Below are positions 41,678 through 54,467 of a DNA stretch of 64,000 nt, piece by piece. The notes below the pieces were generated by a model, which saw only the letters and a program-made list of their open reading frames with translations, did no database searches and was not told the origin of the DNA. Each line of letters begins with the position of its first letter. Within the stretch, counting starts at the first letter, position 1. Location of the stretch: NCBI GenBank assembly GCA_963716725.1, contig CAVQUB010000002.1, positions 1 to 64,000 on the forward strand, in the 5' to 3' direction. The position numbers and the translations under genes are program-made. Origin of the DNA: an uncultured delta proteobacterium. GTDB lineage: Bacteria; Myxococcota_A; Polyangia; Polyangiales; Polyangiaceae.

Positions 41678-41703
41678 CACGTCGGCGGTTTCCCGCCGAC
41701 GTG
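41678..41703 (-). terminator. Hairpin terminator for rnpB (possibly bidirectional with the sigma gene)
   Basis: 11-bp stem CACGTCGGCGG/CCGCCGACGTG with a GAAA loop on the minus strand, followed by CTTCTT. Confidence 0.6.
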
Positions 41704-42076
41704 GTCGGAGTGGCTCGTAAGCCGGGTTCTGTCTGCCGTCGAGGTCTCCCTCGGGCGGCGCGACGATCATTCCTCTGGGACCCGCGTTGCCGCGAGCCTC
41801 GTGCGGCCTACCCCGGGGCTCGGGCGGGCAGCCCTCGAACGCCCCTGTACATGGCCTTGCTCCGGATGGGGTTTGCCGTGCCGCGACCGTTACCGGCCGC
41901 GCGGTGGGCTCTTACCCCACCGTTTCACCCTTGCCCGGACGATGCCGGGCGGTCTGCTTTTCTGTGGCACTTTCCTCGAGGTCACCCTCACCGGGCGTTA
42001 CCCGGCATCCTGCCCTATGGAGCCCGGACTTTCCTCCCGGGCCAGAGGCCCGAGCGATCGTCAGTTCCACTCCGAC
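41704..42076 (-). ncRNA. rnpB: RNase P RNA (bacterial type A)
   Basis: Minus strand has GAGGAAAGTCCGGGCTCC, AGTGCCACAGAAA, GGTGAAACGGTGGGGTAAGAGCCCACC, GGCAAACCCC..GAGCAAG and ACAGAACCCGGCTTAC; P1 helix GTCGGAGTGG/CCACTCCGAC. Confidence 0.96.
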
Positions 42077-42133
42077 GGGGCAGACATACCACAGACGCGG
42101 GGCGGAGCGCGGCGATGATCCGCGCCGCGCTGG

Positions 42134-43813
42134 TCACTGCGCAGCGAACACGAAGGGGACGTTCACGGTCGTCGTGCCGCTCGAGCTGGGGAACTGCCAG
42201 GCCTTGACGCGAGCTGCGATGCAGCCGGCGAGGCCGGGGTAGCCCTTCGGATCCCCACTGGTCGACACGCTCTGTACGCTCCCGCTCGGCGCCACCACGA
42301 TGGCGACGTTCACCCGTGCGGACGTGGGAGCGTCTTTGGATCGGCCATCGAGCGCTGGCTGCCAACAGCTCCGCTTCACGCTGCCGGTGTACTTGCCCAC
42401 TGTCTTCTGGATCTCAGCGGAGTCGAGCGCCTTCCCGCTGCTTCCGCCGCTCGTCGGGGTGGAGCCGGGGCCAGTGCTGGGACCGCCACCTTGCAGCCCC
42501 GAGAGGCCGGACAGACCCGTCAGGGGTTTGTCTTCCGGTTTTTCCCCGGGCTTGCCTGCGACGGCGACCGCAGGGCCTCCGCGCACGACCTTGCCAACAC
42601 CTGCGTCGCCCTCGACGACGACCTCGCCGGACGGCTGCTGCCCGCCGGCCGTGCCGGCCACCGGCGCTTCGCCCGGCTTGGCCGGAACCTCGACGTACTT
42701 CACGACCGGCTCCGGCGGCTTTCTGCTGAACATCACGAAGCCGATCGTGAGGCCGAGCATCAGCGCGACCGCGACCGCGACCCACGCAAACACGCCGGTG
42801 CCAGCACGCCGCCGGGAGAGCACCACCTCTTCCATCTCGACTTGCGGTGGTGCGCTGCTCGGCGCGGCACCCACTCGAGCCGGCACCGGCAGGGTGTTGG
42901 CCGAAAAGACATCAGGAACTGGCTGCGACGGACGCAGCATCTCCTGGAATGGATCGTTCGCGACGACCGGAGTGCCCCCAGGCAAAGCGAAGGGATCGTA
43001 GACCTCCGGGCGCGGTTGCGGCGGCGGTGCAGCTTGGAGGCTCGCCGCCGCGCTCAGTGGGTTGAGCGACGCGCGGGCGCTCGAGAAGCCTTCCTCGACG
43101 ATGGCGACGAGTTCGGGGAAGTTGGCGAGCGGCAGCCACTGCTCGAAACCCTCGCGCCACACTAGGGACTCGCCGGAAATCGAGCCTGAGGTCGCCTTCG
43201 AGCGCAGCTCGCTCAAGCGGATGGGACCCACCGGCACACCGTTGATGCCGACGTACCACTCGTCGGTGACCTCGAGGGATGCGGCGAAGGTGTTCGACTC
43301 GGGACCGGCCACGCTCTCGGTGAAGGCCGACGACAGCGCACCCGCACCCGCGATCACGGTGCGTTCGTCCTCGTCGCGCTGAACGCGCGGAGGTTCGGCT
43401 CGGAACGCTTGGTGCTGCCCCGACGAGCCGTTGCCATTCTTTGGTGACTGCGGCGCTGGCACCGGTCGCACCACCGCCGCGCTCGGAGTTGTTGCGAATG
43501 CCGCCAGCCGACCGGGCGGGGCGACAGGAGCACCGCCGCCGCGCACCGCGCGCGATGGGGGCCGGGGCGGCGGCGCGGTTCGAGGAGCGCTTGCACCGAC
43601 TCGGTGAGGTGCTGGCGGCGCCTGTTCGTGACTCTCCGAATCGTGAGGTGGCGACACGCCCGCCAGCTGCTGCGAGACGGATCCGTCCGTCACCGCTTTG
43701 CCGATACTGATGAGGTATCCGCACTTGCGGCACTTCATCCGCACCGATCGGCCAGCGACTTTCTCGTCGCCGATCTGGTACTTCGCCTTGCAGGACGGGC
43801 AGAGGAACTTCAT
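42134..43813 (-). CDS. AgmX/GltJ-like protein: zinc ribbon, GYF_2, TM and TonB-C-like domain
   Basis: MKFLCPSCKAKYQI..CRKCG; WYVGING.PVGP..LVWREGFEQW; TM; C-terminal C..CI...VK.WQFP..VPFVF. Confidence 0.8.
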   Translation of the reverse strand: MKFLCPSCKAKYQIGDEKVAGRSVRMKCRKCGYLISIGKAVTDGSVSQQLAGVSPPHDSESHEQAPPAPHRVGASAPRTAPPPRPPSRAVRGGGAPVAPPGRLAAFATTPSAAVVRPVPAPQSPKNGNGSSGQHQAFRAEPPRVQRDEDERTVIAGAGALSSAFTESVAGPESNTFAASLEVTDEWYVGINGVPVGPIRLSELRSKATSGSISGESLVWREGFEQWLPLANFPELVAIVEEGFSSARASLNPLSAAASLQAAPPPQPRPEVYDPFALPGGTPVVANDPFQEMLRPSQPVPDVFSANTLPVPARVGAAPSSAPPQVEMEEVVLSRRRAGTGVFAWVAVAVALMLGLTIGFVMFSRKPPEPVVKYVEVPAKPGEAPVAGTAGGQQPSGEVVVEGDAGVGKVVRGGPAVAVAGKPGEKPEDKPLTGLSGLSGLQGGGPSTGPGSTPTSGGSSGKALDSAEIQKTVGKYTGSVKRSCWQPALDGRSKDAPTSARVNVAIVVAPSGSVQSVSTSGDPKGYPGLAGCIAARVKAWQFPSSSGTTTVNVPFVFAAQ

Positions 43814-43882
43814 GGGGGGCCGCCGACCGGCCTCAGGTGGTGGACAGGATAGCTCGGGGCTCCTTGGGGCGCGAAAACACTT

Positions 43883-45376
43883 TTACAGGAGATTGAGCAG
43901 GTGCTCCTTGATTGTCATCCGAGTCGCTTCGTCGGGCGCCAACTTCAGGCCCAGTTCCCACATTTCCGTGGCTTTATTCCGGAACCCGGCCTTCTGGTAC
44001 AGGATAGCCAGGTTCTTTACCGCCGGAAAATGGTTGGCGTTGATGTCCACCGCGGTCTCGAGCTCGGCGATGGCCTCATACACCTGCCCCTGCTTGCCAT
44101 ACAGCAGACCCAGGTGGAAATGCAGCCGATAGGCCAGCGGGTCGATGGCGATCCCCTGCCGCAGATGGTCGATGGCCACCTCGACCTGGCCCGCCTGGTA
44201 GGCCCGGACGCCGGCCTCCAGGTGCCGCTCGGCCTCCGCCGAGGCCTCCTGCCGCACCTCCGGTCGGGCCGGCGCGCTCTGCGCGAGGGCCAGCTCCACC
44301 CCGCGCAGCACGTCGGCGATTCGAAATGGCTTCTCGAGGTAGAAGTCCACCCCGCAGCTCTGCTTGAGGTCCTCGGCGTAGCGCCAGCCGCGGTACACGG
44401 CGCTGATCATGATGATGGGGATGTGGCCGTAGCGAGCGCTCCCCTTGATGCGCCGCGCGATGTCGAAGCCGTGCACCTCCGGCAGCATCGCGTCCAAGAT
44501 GAGTAGATCGGGCGTCTCCTCTTTGACCATGCGGAGCGCGAGCAGGCCTCGATCAGCCTCGAGCACGCGGTAGCCGTGGCTGGTGAGCAGGCGCCTGAGC
44601 ATCTTGCGGATGTCGGCCTCGTCGTCGATGATCAAGACCGTCTTGGCACCCGCCGGCGAGGACGGCGGCACCGAGTCGGCGGCCTCCCGGGGCAGCTTGG
44701 CCATCACGCTGAGATCCGGGCTGGTCTCGCCGAACTCGGTGTCTTCGATCTGGTCGCCCCGCGAGATGCGGCCCACCTGATCGTCGACCACGACTCCGGG
44801 CGCGGTCAGCGGCGAGAATGTCTCGTCGGGCGGCGGGATGCTCGCCGCTTGCGGTGGGATGCTGCCGGCGTGCGCGAGATCCTCGATGCCGAACTTCTTG
44901 AGCACCTCGGGCGGACAGCGCGGCCCAATGTAGAAGGCCTCGCCCGCCGCCTTCTTGGTGTAGGCCTCCTGAATCGCCCTGGAGAGGGCGTTCTCGAGGG
45001 CGACGTAGGGGTACGCCTTCTTGCCCGTCACGAACTCCAGCTCGTCGAGCACCGTGCGCTCGCGAGGGTTCGCCATCGCGATGAAGAGGCGGTCCTCCCG
45101 GACCAGCACCGGCAAGATCAGGTGCTTTTCGGCGATCTCCCGGGGCAAAAGCTCGAGATCCTCGAGGCGCAGGCAGATTTGGGCGATGTCGATGCCCGGA
45201 ATGCCCTGTTGCTCGCTCAGGGCCTTCAACGCAGCGATGTCGCTGATCGTGCCGGCCTCGGCGAGGCGGGATGCGAGTCGGCCCCCGCCCTCGTGCAGAG
45301 CCGTCTCCAGCTGATCTGCGGTGAGCGCTCGCTGTTGGAGCAAGATTCGACCGATTTGCTTCTTGCCCTGGCTCAT
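43883..45376 (-). CDS. MshEN/GspE-N, receiver and TPR response regulator
   Basis: IGRILL..L...L..GRLASRL...G.I; VLIIDD, LILDAMLP, KPF; C-terminal TPRs. Confidence 0.8.
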   Translation of the reverse strand: MSQGKKQIGRILLQQRALTADQLETALHEGGGRLASRLAEAGTISDIAALKALSEQQGIPGIDIAQICLRLEDLELLPREIAEKHLILPVLVREDRLFIAMANPRERTVLDELEFVTGKKAYPYVALENALSRAIQEAYTKKAAGEAFYIGPRCPPEVLKKFGIEDLAHAGSIPPQAASIPPPDETFSPLTAPGVVVDDQVGRISRGDQIEDTEFGETSPDLSVMAKLPREAADSVPPSSPAGAKTVLIIDDEADIRKMLRRLLTSHGYRVLEADRGLLALRMVKEETPDLLILDAMLPEVHGFDIARRIKGSARYGHIPIIMISAVYRGWRYAEDLKQSCGVDFYLEKPFRIADVLRGVELALAQSAPARPEVRQEASAEAERHLEAGVRAYQAGQVEVAIDHLRQGIAIDPLAYRLHFHLGLLYGKQGQVYEAIAELETAVDINANHFPAVKNLAILYQKAGFRNKATEMWELGLKLAPDEATRMTIKEHLLNLL

Positions 45377-45529
45377 CCGCGACCTGTCAGCATATATGCC
45401 ACCAAAACCCACGGGAGCGACAACTTTGGGCAGAGGCCGGAACCCAACCCGTCCAGGCGATCTCGCGAAACCCTGGCAGCAGCCCGGCGGGGCGGCTAGC
45501 CTCCCGGGGGCGCGGGGCGGATAGCGAAA

Positions 45530-46960
<1,431 letters not shown>

Positions 46961-47004
46961 TCGTCGGGCCGTTGCTCGTCGCCCCCGACCGCTGACGGAA
47001 GTCC

Positions 47005-48059
47005 GTGCGCACCGCCCTCTTGGACTACGCTCTGCCGACAGAGCTCATCGCGACCGTCCCGCTCGCCGAGCGTGACCACGGGCGGCTGCTCGTGCTCGCG
47101 CCGAGCGAGCTCGGGCACTCCAGCATTTGCAATCTTCCCGAGCTGTTGCCAAAAGGCGCGCTGGTGGTGCTGAACGATACTCGGGTATTCCGGGCGCGCC
47201 TGGTCGGAACGCGCCCGGGCGGCGGGCGCGCCGAGCTGCTCTTGCTCCGCCGGCTGGGGCCCGCCGGCGCGGTCGAACGCTGGACGGCCCTCGGCAAACC
47301 CGCCAAGCGGCTCCGGCCGGGCATGCAACTTGGCTTCGGAGCGCTCGGGGTCGAGGTCCGGGCACGGGATGCCGCCGGCGGGCTCGAGCTGGAGCTGCGC
47401 GCGGACGACTCGGTGGACGCCACCCTGGAGCGCGTGGGTCGCGTGCCCATCCCTCCTTACCTCGGGCGTGACGACGAGCCCCTCGACGCGGCTCGCTATC
47501 AGACGGTGTTCGCTCGGCGGACGGGCTCGGTTGCCGCCCCGACGGCAGGGCTGCACCTATCCCACGCGCTGCTCGAGCGATTTCGTGAGCGGGGGGTCGA
47601 GACCGCGCAGGTGACGCTGCACGTCGGCCCCGGGACCTTCAAGCCCGTGTCCGCCGACGACTTGGACCACCACGACATGCACAGCGAACAGGTCGAAGTG
47701 GGCCCCGACGTGGTCCGGGCCATCGGGCGGGCGCGGGAGCGGGGCGTTCCCGTCGTCGCCATCGGCACGACGGTGGTCCGCGCCCTCGAAAGCGCTCGCG
47801 ATCCCCGGCGGCCGGGTCACGTCCGCGAGCTCTTCGACGACACTCGGCTGCTGATCCAGCCTGGATATCGCTTCGGCGTCGTCGACGCGCTGCTCACGAA
47901 TTTCCACATGCCAAGGAGCACGTTGCTCGCCCTCGTCGCCGCGTTCGCGGGCCTCGAGCGCACCCAGGAGGCGTACCGGGCAGCGATCGTTCACCGGTAC
48001 CGTTTCTTGTCGTACGGTGACGCGATGTGGATCCCTTCTCGGCTGGAGCCCATCGAGCC

Positions 48060-48063
<4 letters not shown>
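47005..48063 (+). CDS. queA: S-adenosylmethionine:tRNA ribosyltransferase-isomerase
   Basis: DYALP.ELIA, NDTRV, PIPPY, AAPTAGLH, TLHVGPGTF, TNFH.P.STL, YRFLSYGDAM. Confidence 0.95.
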
Positions 48064-49184
<1,121 letters not shown>

Positions 49185-49202
49185 GCCGCGGATCACCGCT
49201 GC

Positions 49203-50198
49203 TCAGAAGCGGCCGGCGCTCACCAGAAAGCCGCCGCCTCGAACCGGCACTACACCCACCCGCGGGAGCTCGCGGGCGCGAGCCTTCTCCCGCTCCCGGG
49301 ACTTCCCAGGGTCGTCAGCGGGCACCTTGCGGCCAAGGTCCTTGATCAGCAGATAGGTCCCCACACCCGCCGACACGCCGGCGACTCCGATGGCGATGTT
49401 GGTGAACAGCTTGTTCTGGTTGAAGCGGTCGTACTGCTCGCGAGTGGGCTGCTCCGCGTACTTCTTCTCCGCATCGTTCACGGCGAGCCCGAAATACACG
49501 GCGCCGCCCGCTGCCACCGCGGTCAGACCGAACATGACCAAGGTCGGTGCTCGGACTCCGCCCGACTCTTGGGGACCCGCGTCCGACGTGGGAGCGGCCT
49601 CCTCCGGCTCCACCGTCGCCGGCGCGCTTTCGGTCCGCTCCGGGCCCTCGATCTCCGGCATCAGTGTCGCCAGCTCCACCGTGCGGGACACACCCGCAGT
49701 CAGATCGAGCTTGCGTTGCTTCGCTCCGTCGACGTCGATCAGAGTGACGACGTGCTCGCCGGGCTCGACGTAGACGCGGTCGCCGCCGACGAACTCGTCC
49801 TGATCCACGCGCGCGCGTAGGGTCGCCTCGCCCTTCAGCTCGACGATGGCGAGCTTGGGCGTGAGCCGCGCGAGCCGCTCGGTCGCGTCCGCTCGGTCTT
49901 GTTCGCCCGACTGCTCGAGGCCGATCACGCGCTGGAACGTACGGGCTGCCAGCGCCGCGTCGCCGGACTTCTCCCAGGCGTCTCCAGCGTTGATCAACGG
50001 AAAGGGGTGGGGCTTGAGCCGAAACGCCTCTTCGAAGGCCTTGGCGGCCTCGACGTAGCGCTTCTGCTTGAAGGCCTTCTGCCCGGCGTTGAAGAAACGG
50101 CGCGCCTCGTCCTTGCCGGCCTGCTGAGCCTGAGCGGAGGATGCCGTCGCCAGAGCGACGAAGACCGCGACGGCGATTCGAAGACGGAGGCCCATCAC
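49203..50198 (-). CDS. Secreted TPR (and PEGA-like) protein
   Basis: Signal peptide, TPR helices, C-terminal hydrophobic segments ending GRF; overlaps the kinase stop. Confidence 0.7.
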   Translation of the reverse strand: MMGLRLRIAVAVFVALATASSAQAQQAGKDEARRFFNAGQKAFKQKRYVEAAKAFEEAFRLKPHPFPLINAGDAWEKSGDAALAARTFQRVIGLEQSGEQDRADATERLARLTPKLAIVELKGEATLRARVDQDEFVGGDRVYVEPGEHVVTLIDVDGAKQRKLDLTAGVSRTVELATLMPEIEGPERTESAPATVEPEEAAPTSDAGPQESGGVRAPTLVMFGLTAVAAGGAVYFGLAVNDAEKKYAEQPTREQYDRFNQNKLFTNIAIGVAGVSAGVGTYLLIKDLGRKVPADDPGKSREREKARARELPRVGVVPVRGGGFLVSAGRF

Positions 50199-51832
50199 TC
50201 GTAGGGGTTGTTCCGCGGCGGCGCCGCAGTGGTCTCTGGGGGCGGCGGCTTCGGCTTGACGTGCCCCGGGCGCCCTCCCCCGAAGTGCGGCTTGGGCGGC
50301 GACGGCGCAGCGCTGTTCAGCGAGTCGACCTGCACCGGCGCCATCGAATCGTCGGGTTTGGCGGCGACGGTCGGCTCCGGGGGTGTCGCCGCGGGCTCGG
50401 GCGGTTTCTGCTCCGCAGGCTTCGCCTGCAAGTTCACGACCGTCGTCCTTCGATGGGGTCCATAGAGCAAGAACAAGACGGCGACGAGCGCGACCGCCAG
50501 CCCGAGCACGCCGACGACCAGGCCCAGCATGCCGCCGCGCTTGACCACCACCGTCGTGCCCGAGTGACCGAAGTCCGACGGGTACATCACCTGGGATACC
50601 GCGCTGGGATTCGACGCATCTTGGGGCAGCGGGGGCTCGACGCTGGGACGCGGGTGGCTGGGATGACTGGGTACAGAAGGGCGCTCGACCAAGCCGATGG
50701 CGTTGATGCCGCTGCCTGTGCCGCCGGTGACCGCGCTGACGCCGGTGACGCTCGCGTGTTCCGGACTGGAGGCAAAGGGCACTTCGGAGAGCGGGGGCTC
50801 GACGCCCGAGCTGGCGTCGAGTTGGCGGAGCACCGTCCGGATCGCCTTGCGGCGTTGCTCGATGCGTCCCCCGATCACCTTCTTGAGCAAGTTGGCGATA
50901 CCGGCCCGTGGCACCACCACTCGCTCGGACTTCAGGAATCCGTCGAGCGTGCGCTGGAACTCTTCGGCGGTCTGGAAGCGCTTGGTCGGATCGCGCTGGA
51001 GGGCCTTGAGCGCGATTTCTTCCAGGGCCGGGGGATAACCCGCGACGATGCTGGTCGGACGCGGGATCTTGCCGGACACCACCATGTGCAGCGTTTCGGC
51101 GTCGTGCTGCCCGCGGAACAGCCGGCGCCCGGTGGTCAATTCGAAGAGCACGATGCCGAGCGCAAACACGTCGCTGCGGCGATCGATCTTCTTGGCCATC
51201 GCCTGCTCGGGAGACATGTAGCCGAACTTGCCCTTGAGCTGTCCGGCGCTCGTGACCTCCGACAAGCGGCCCATGGCCTTGGCGACGCCGAAGTCCACCA
51301 GCTTCACGGCGCCATCAACGCCGATCAAGATGTTGTGCGGCGAGACGTCGCGATGCACCACGTTGAGCAAGTTGCCCTGATCGTCTCGGAGTTCGTGGGC
51401 GGCGTGCAGCCCCGCCGCCGCGTCGGCGATGATTCGGACCGCCATCTCCGGTGGGATCGGTCGCCGCTTGCCGGCCTCGGCGATGATGGCGTGCAGCGAA
51501 TCACCCTCCACCCACTCCATGGCGATGAAGCCGACCCCGTCGTGTTCCGACGACTCGAAGACGTCGACGACGTTCGGATGGCGGATCATGCGGATGATTC
51601 GCCCCTCGTCCACGAACATCTTGGAGAACTCTTGATCGGTAGCCAGGTCCGCCAGGATCGCCTTTACCGCGACCAGGCGCTGCTCCGACGCGAGCTCTGC
51701 CCGCTCGCGCGCGACCCACACGGTGGCCATGCCGCCGCGACCGATACGCAGCAAGAGCTGGTACTTGCCCAAGCACGCTCCGCGCTGGAGGTCTTCGGGC
51801 ATCGGCCTTTCGGGTTCGACGGACGGCAACAT
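50195..51832 (-). CDS. Transmembrane Ser/Thr protein kinase (start at 51832 or 51802)
   Basis: IGRGGMATVW, VAVK, HRDVSPHN, DFGVAK, GKFGYMSPEQ; TM; Pro-rich tail ending NPYE. Confidence 0.92.
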   Translation of the reverse strand: MLPSVEPERPMPEDLQRGACLGKYQLLLRIGRGGMATVWVARERAELASEQRLVAVKAILADLATDQEFSKMFVDEGRIIRMIRHPNVVDVFESSEHDGVGFIAMEWVEGDSLHAIIAEAGKRRPIPPEMAVRIIADAAAGLHAAHELRDDQGNLLNVVHRDVSPHNILIGVDGAVKLVDFGVAKAMGRLSEVTSAGQLKGKFGYMSPEQAMAKKIDRRSDVFALGIVLFELTTGRRLFRGQHDAETLHMVVSGKIPRPTSIVAGYPPALEEIALKALQRDPTKRFQTAEEFQRTLDGFLKSERVVVPRAGIANLLKKVIGGRIEQRRKAIRTVLRQLDASSGVEPPLSEVPFASSPEHASVTGVSAVTGGTGSGINAIGLVERPSVPSHPSHPRPSVEPPLPQDASNPSAVSQVMYPSDFGHSGTTVVVKRGGMLGLVVGVLGLAVALVAVLFLLYGPHRRTTVVNLQAKPAEQKPPEPAATPPEPTVAAKPDDSMAPVQVDSLNSAAPSPPKPHFGGGRPGHVKPKPPPPETTAAPPRNNPYE

Positions 51833-51988
51833 TCGCTGCGCAGGTGCTCCCTCGGATACGCCAGAGCATTGGGCTCCGGGCCAGACCCCAAGTCTAGCTG
51901 ATTTCCCCGGGTTCAGCTCTCTTTCGCCGGGGGCCCGGCCTTCCCGCGTTGCCCCCCACCGGGGGACGGTGGTAAGGGCGCGGCCGGC

Positions 51989-52435
51989 ATGCCTCACCTC
52001 AAAGAGCTCGCCCAAAACGGCGACAAACGCTCGCAGGTCGTCCAGGACGCCTGCCAAGTGCTCGACCTGGAGGTCAAGGACAAGTCCGGCCTCTCCGGCC
52101 TGGCCATCAAGGCTGGGTACAAGTTGGTCCAGGGAGTGAAGCCGGGCTTCGTCCGACAGGCCGTCGACGACCTGCTGGACGACTTCCTCGACGCCTTGGA
52201 CCCAATCTTTCAAGAGGCGGTTTCGTCGGGGAAAAAGCCTGGGGATTTCCTCAAGAGCCACGCCCCGCGGGTCGCGGACTCGCTCTTGTCAATCACGGAC
52301 CGGCGCGCGGAAAATGCGCAGCGCGCTGCCATCAAGAGCATGTACGACAAACTCCGACCCACCGCGAAGAAGCACGTCGAGTCGGCCACGCCTCGGCTCG
52401 CCGACCTGCTGGACAAACACGCCGGCGGCGGCTGA
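51989..52435 (+). CDS. Conserved hypothetical protein (DUF6918-like)
   Basis: EV.DKSGLSGLAIK..Y..V..VKPG and A.ALL.ITD.RA..Y.KLRP.AKKHV patterns. Confidence 0.7.
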   Translation: MPHLKELAQNGDKRSQVVQDACQVLDLEVKDKSGLSGLAIKAGYKLVQGVKPGFVRQAVDDLLDDFLDALDPIFQEAVSSGKKPGDFLKSHAPRVADSLLSITDRRAENAQRAAIKSMYDKLRPTAKKHVESATPRLADLLDKHAGGG

Positions 52436-52452
52436 ACGCTGCCCGACTCATC

Positions 52453-52492
52453 GCGTCACTTGACAAGTCCGCCGCGGGAGCGCAAGTGACGC
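52453..52492. promoter_or_regulatory. 10-bp inverted repeat enclosing TTGACA upstream of korAB
   Basis: GCGTCACTTG-N20-CAAGTGACGC; internal ACTTG-A-CAAGT palindrome. Confidence 0.45.
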
Positions 52493-52593
52493 CGGTGTCA
52501 GTCGCCGGTTCGCGCGAAGAATGGCGCGGCTCATGCGATCAGACCTGAGCGCGCACGCCAGGACGCGCGCACGAGAAAGCGAGTACGACGAGG

Positions 52594-54465
52594 ATGGCAC
52601 AAGTGGGACAACCGGTGCCCGACGGTTCCGCCGCTGGGAAGGTCAAGACGCTGCCCGGCGCGGTGGTCCGCTTCGCGGGAGACTCCGGCGACGGCATGCA
52701 GGTGACCGGCGCCCAGTTCACGGTGGCGGCGGCCCTCGCCGGCAACGACCTCGCTACCTTTCCCGATTACCCGGCTGAGATCCGCGCTCCCGCAGGCACG
52801 ACCTACGGAGTGTCCGGATTCCAGATCAACTTCGCCGCGCGAGACGTGTTCACCCCGGGTGATGCCCCCGACGTGCTCGTCGCGATGAACCCGGCGGCGT
52901 TCAAGACCAATATCAAGGACCTCAAGCGCGGCGGGCTCCTGATCGTCAACACCGGCGCCTTCACGCAGCAGAACCTGAAGAAGGCGGGCTACGAGGCGAA
53001 CCCCCTCGAGGGCGACCTCGTCGACGGCTACTCGCTCTTGGCCATCGACATCACGAAGGCCACGCTGGCGGCGGTCAAAGAGACGGGCATCAGCACCAAA
53101 GAGGCGAATCGCTGCAAGAACTTCTGGACCCTGGGTCTGATGTTCTGGGTCTACGGACGCGAGCTGGAATCGACGATCAAGTGGATCGATTCCAAGTTCA
53201 GGAGCGAGCCCATGGTCGCCCAGGCCAACATCCTCGCGCTCAAGAGCGGCTGGGCCTACGGTGAAACCACCGAGGCCTCGCACTTTCGCTACGACGTCCC
53301 CGCGGCCCCGGTCGCCAAGGGCACCTACCGCAACATCGGCGGCAACCAGGCGACGGCCTTGGGCATCGTCGCCGCGGCGCAGCTCTCCGGAGTCGAGGTC
53401 GTCTTTGGCGCCTATCCCATCACGCCGGCGAGCGACATCCTGCACGACTTGGCGCGGCACAAGGCCTACGGCGTCACCACGGTGCAGATGGAGGACGAGA
53501 TCGCCGCGATCTGCGTCGCGGTCGGCGCCTCGTACGCTGGCAAGTTGGGCGTGACCGCGTCGAGCGGCCCCGGCATCGCGCTCAAGACCGAAGCCATGGG
53601 GCTCGCCATCGCCACGGAGCTGCCGCTGGTGATCGTCAACGTGCAGCGCGGAGGACCCAGCACCGGACTTCCCACCAAGACCGAGCAGGCCGACCTCTTG
53701 CAAGCGCTGTACGGGCGCAACGGCGAGGCGCCCATCGCGGTGCTCGCCGCGGCGTCGCCGGGAGACTGCTTCCACATGACGCTCGAGGCCGCGCGCCTGG
53801 CGGCCAAGTACATGACGCCGGTGATGCTCCTGACCGACGGCTACCTCGCCAACGGGGCCGAGCCCTGGCGCGTGCCGAGCGTGGCCGACCTGCCGAAGAT
53901 CGACATCACCTTCCGCAAGGACCCGGAGGGCTTCCAGCCCTTCCTCCGGGATCCGGAGACTCTCGCGCGGCCCTGGGCCATCCCGGGCACGCCGGGCCTC
54001 GAGCATCGCATCGGCGGCATCGAGCGCGACTACGACTCCGGACACATCTCCTACGATCCGGACAACCACGAGAAGATGAGCCTCACCCGCGCCGCCAAAA
54101 TCGCCGGCATCGCCCGGGACATCCCCGAGCAGAAGATCGAGGTCGGCACCGCCAGCGGCAAGTTGCTGGTGATCGGCTGGGGCTCGACCTACGGCGCGAT
54201 CCGCGAGGCCGTCCAGCGAAGTCGTGACCGTGGCCTCGACGTCTCGCACGCTCACATCAAGTACATCAACCCCTTCCCGCGAAACCTGGGCGACCTCCTG
54301 AAGCGCTTCGAACGCGTCTTGGTGCCCGAGATCAACCTGGGGCAACTCGTGAAGGTGCTGCGCAGCGAGTTCCTGGTGCCTGCCGAGAGCTTCCCCAAGA
54401 TCAAGGGCTTGCCCTTCAAGATCGACGAGATCGAAGACAAGATCCGCCAGCTGATGGAGAGCTGA
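52594..54465 (+). CDS. korA: 2-oxoacid:ferredoxin oxidoreductase alpha subunit
   Basis: RFAGDSGDGMQ, YPAEIRAPAGT, YPITPAS, QRGGPSTGLPTKTEQADL. Confidence 0.93.
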   Translation: MAQVGQPVPDGSAAGKVKTLPGAVVRFAGDSGDGMQVTGAQFTVAAALAGNDLATFPDYPAEIRAPAGTTYGVSGFQINFAARDVFTPGDAPDVLVAMNPAAFKTNIKDLKRGGLLIVNTGAFTQQNLKKAGYEANPLEGDLVDGYSLLAIDITKATLAAVKETGISTKEANRCKNFWTLGLMFWVYGRELESTIKWIDSKFRSEPMVAQANILALKSGWAYGETTEASHFRYDVPAAPVAKGTYRNIGGNQATALGIVAAAQLSGVEVVFGAYPITPASDILHDLARHKAYGVTTVQMEDEIAAICVAVGASYAGKLGVTASSGPGIALKTEAMGLAIATELPLVIVNVQRGGPSTGLPTKTEQADLLQALYGRNGEAPIAVLAAASPGDCFHMTLEAARLAAKYMTPVMLLTDGYLANGAEPWRVPSVADLPKIDITFRKDPEGFQPFLRDPETLARPWAIPGTPGLEHRIGGIERDYDSGHISYDPDNHEKMSLTRAAKIAGIARDIPEQKIEVGTASGKLLVIGWGSTYGAIREAVQRSRDRGLDVSHAHIKYINPFPRNLGDLLKRFERVLVPEINLGQLVKVLRSEFLVPAESFPKIKGLPFKIDEIEDKIRQLMES

Positions 54466-54467
54466 CC

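Noticed and set aside
41701..42242. Protein ORFs over this interval
   Set aside because: Explained by RNase P RNA on the minus strand
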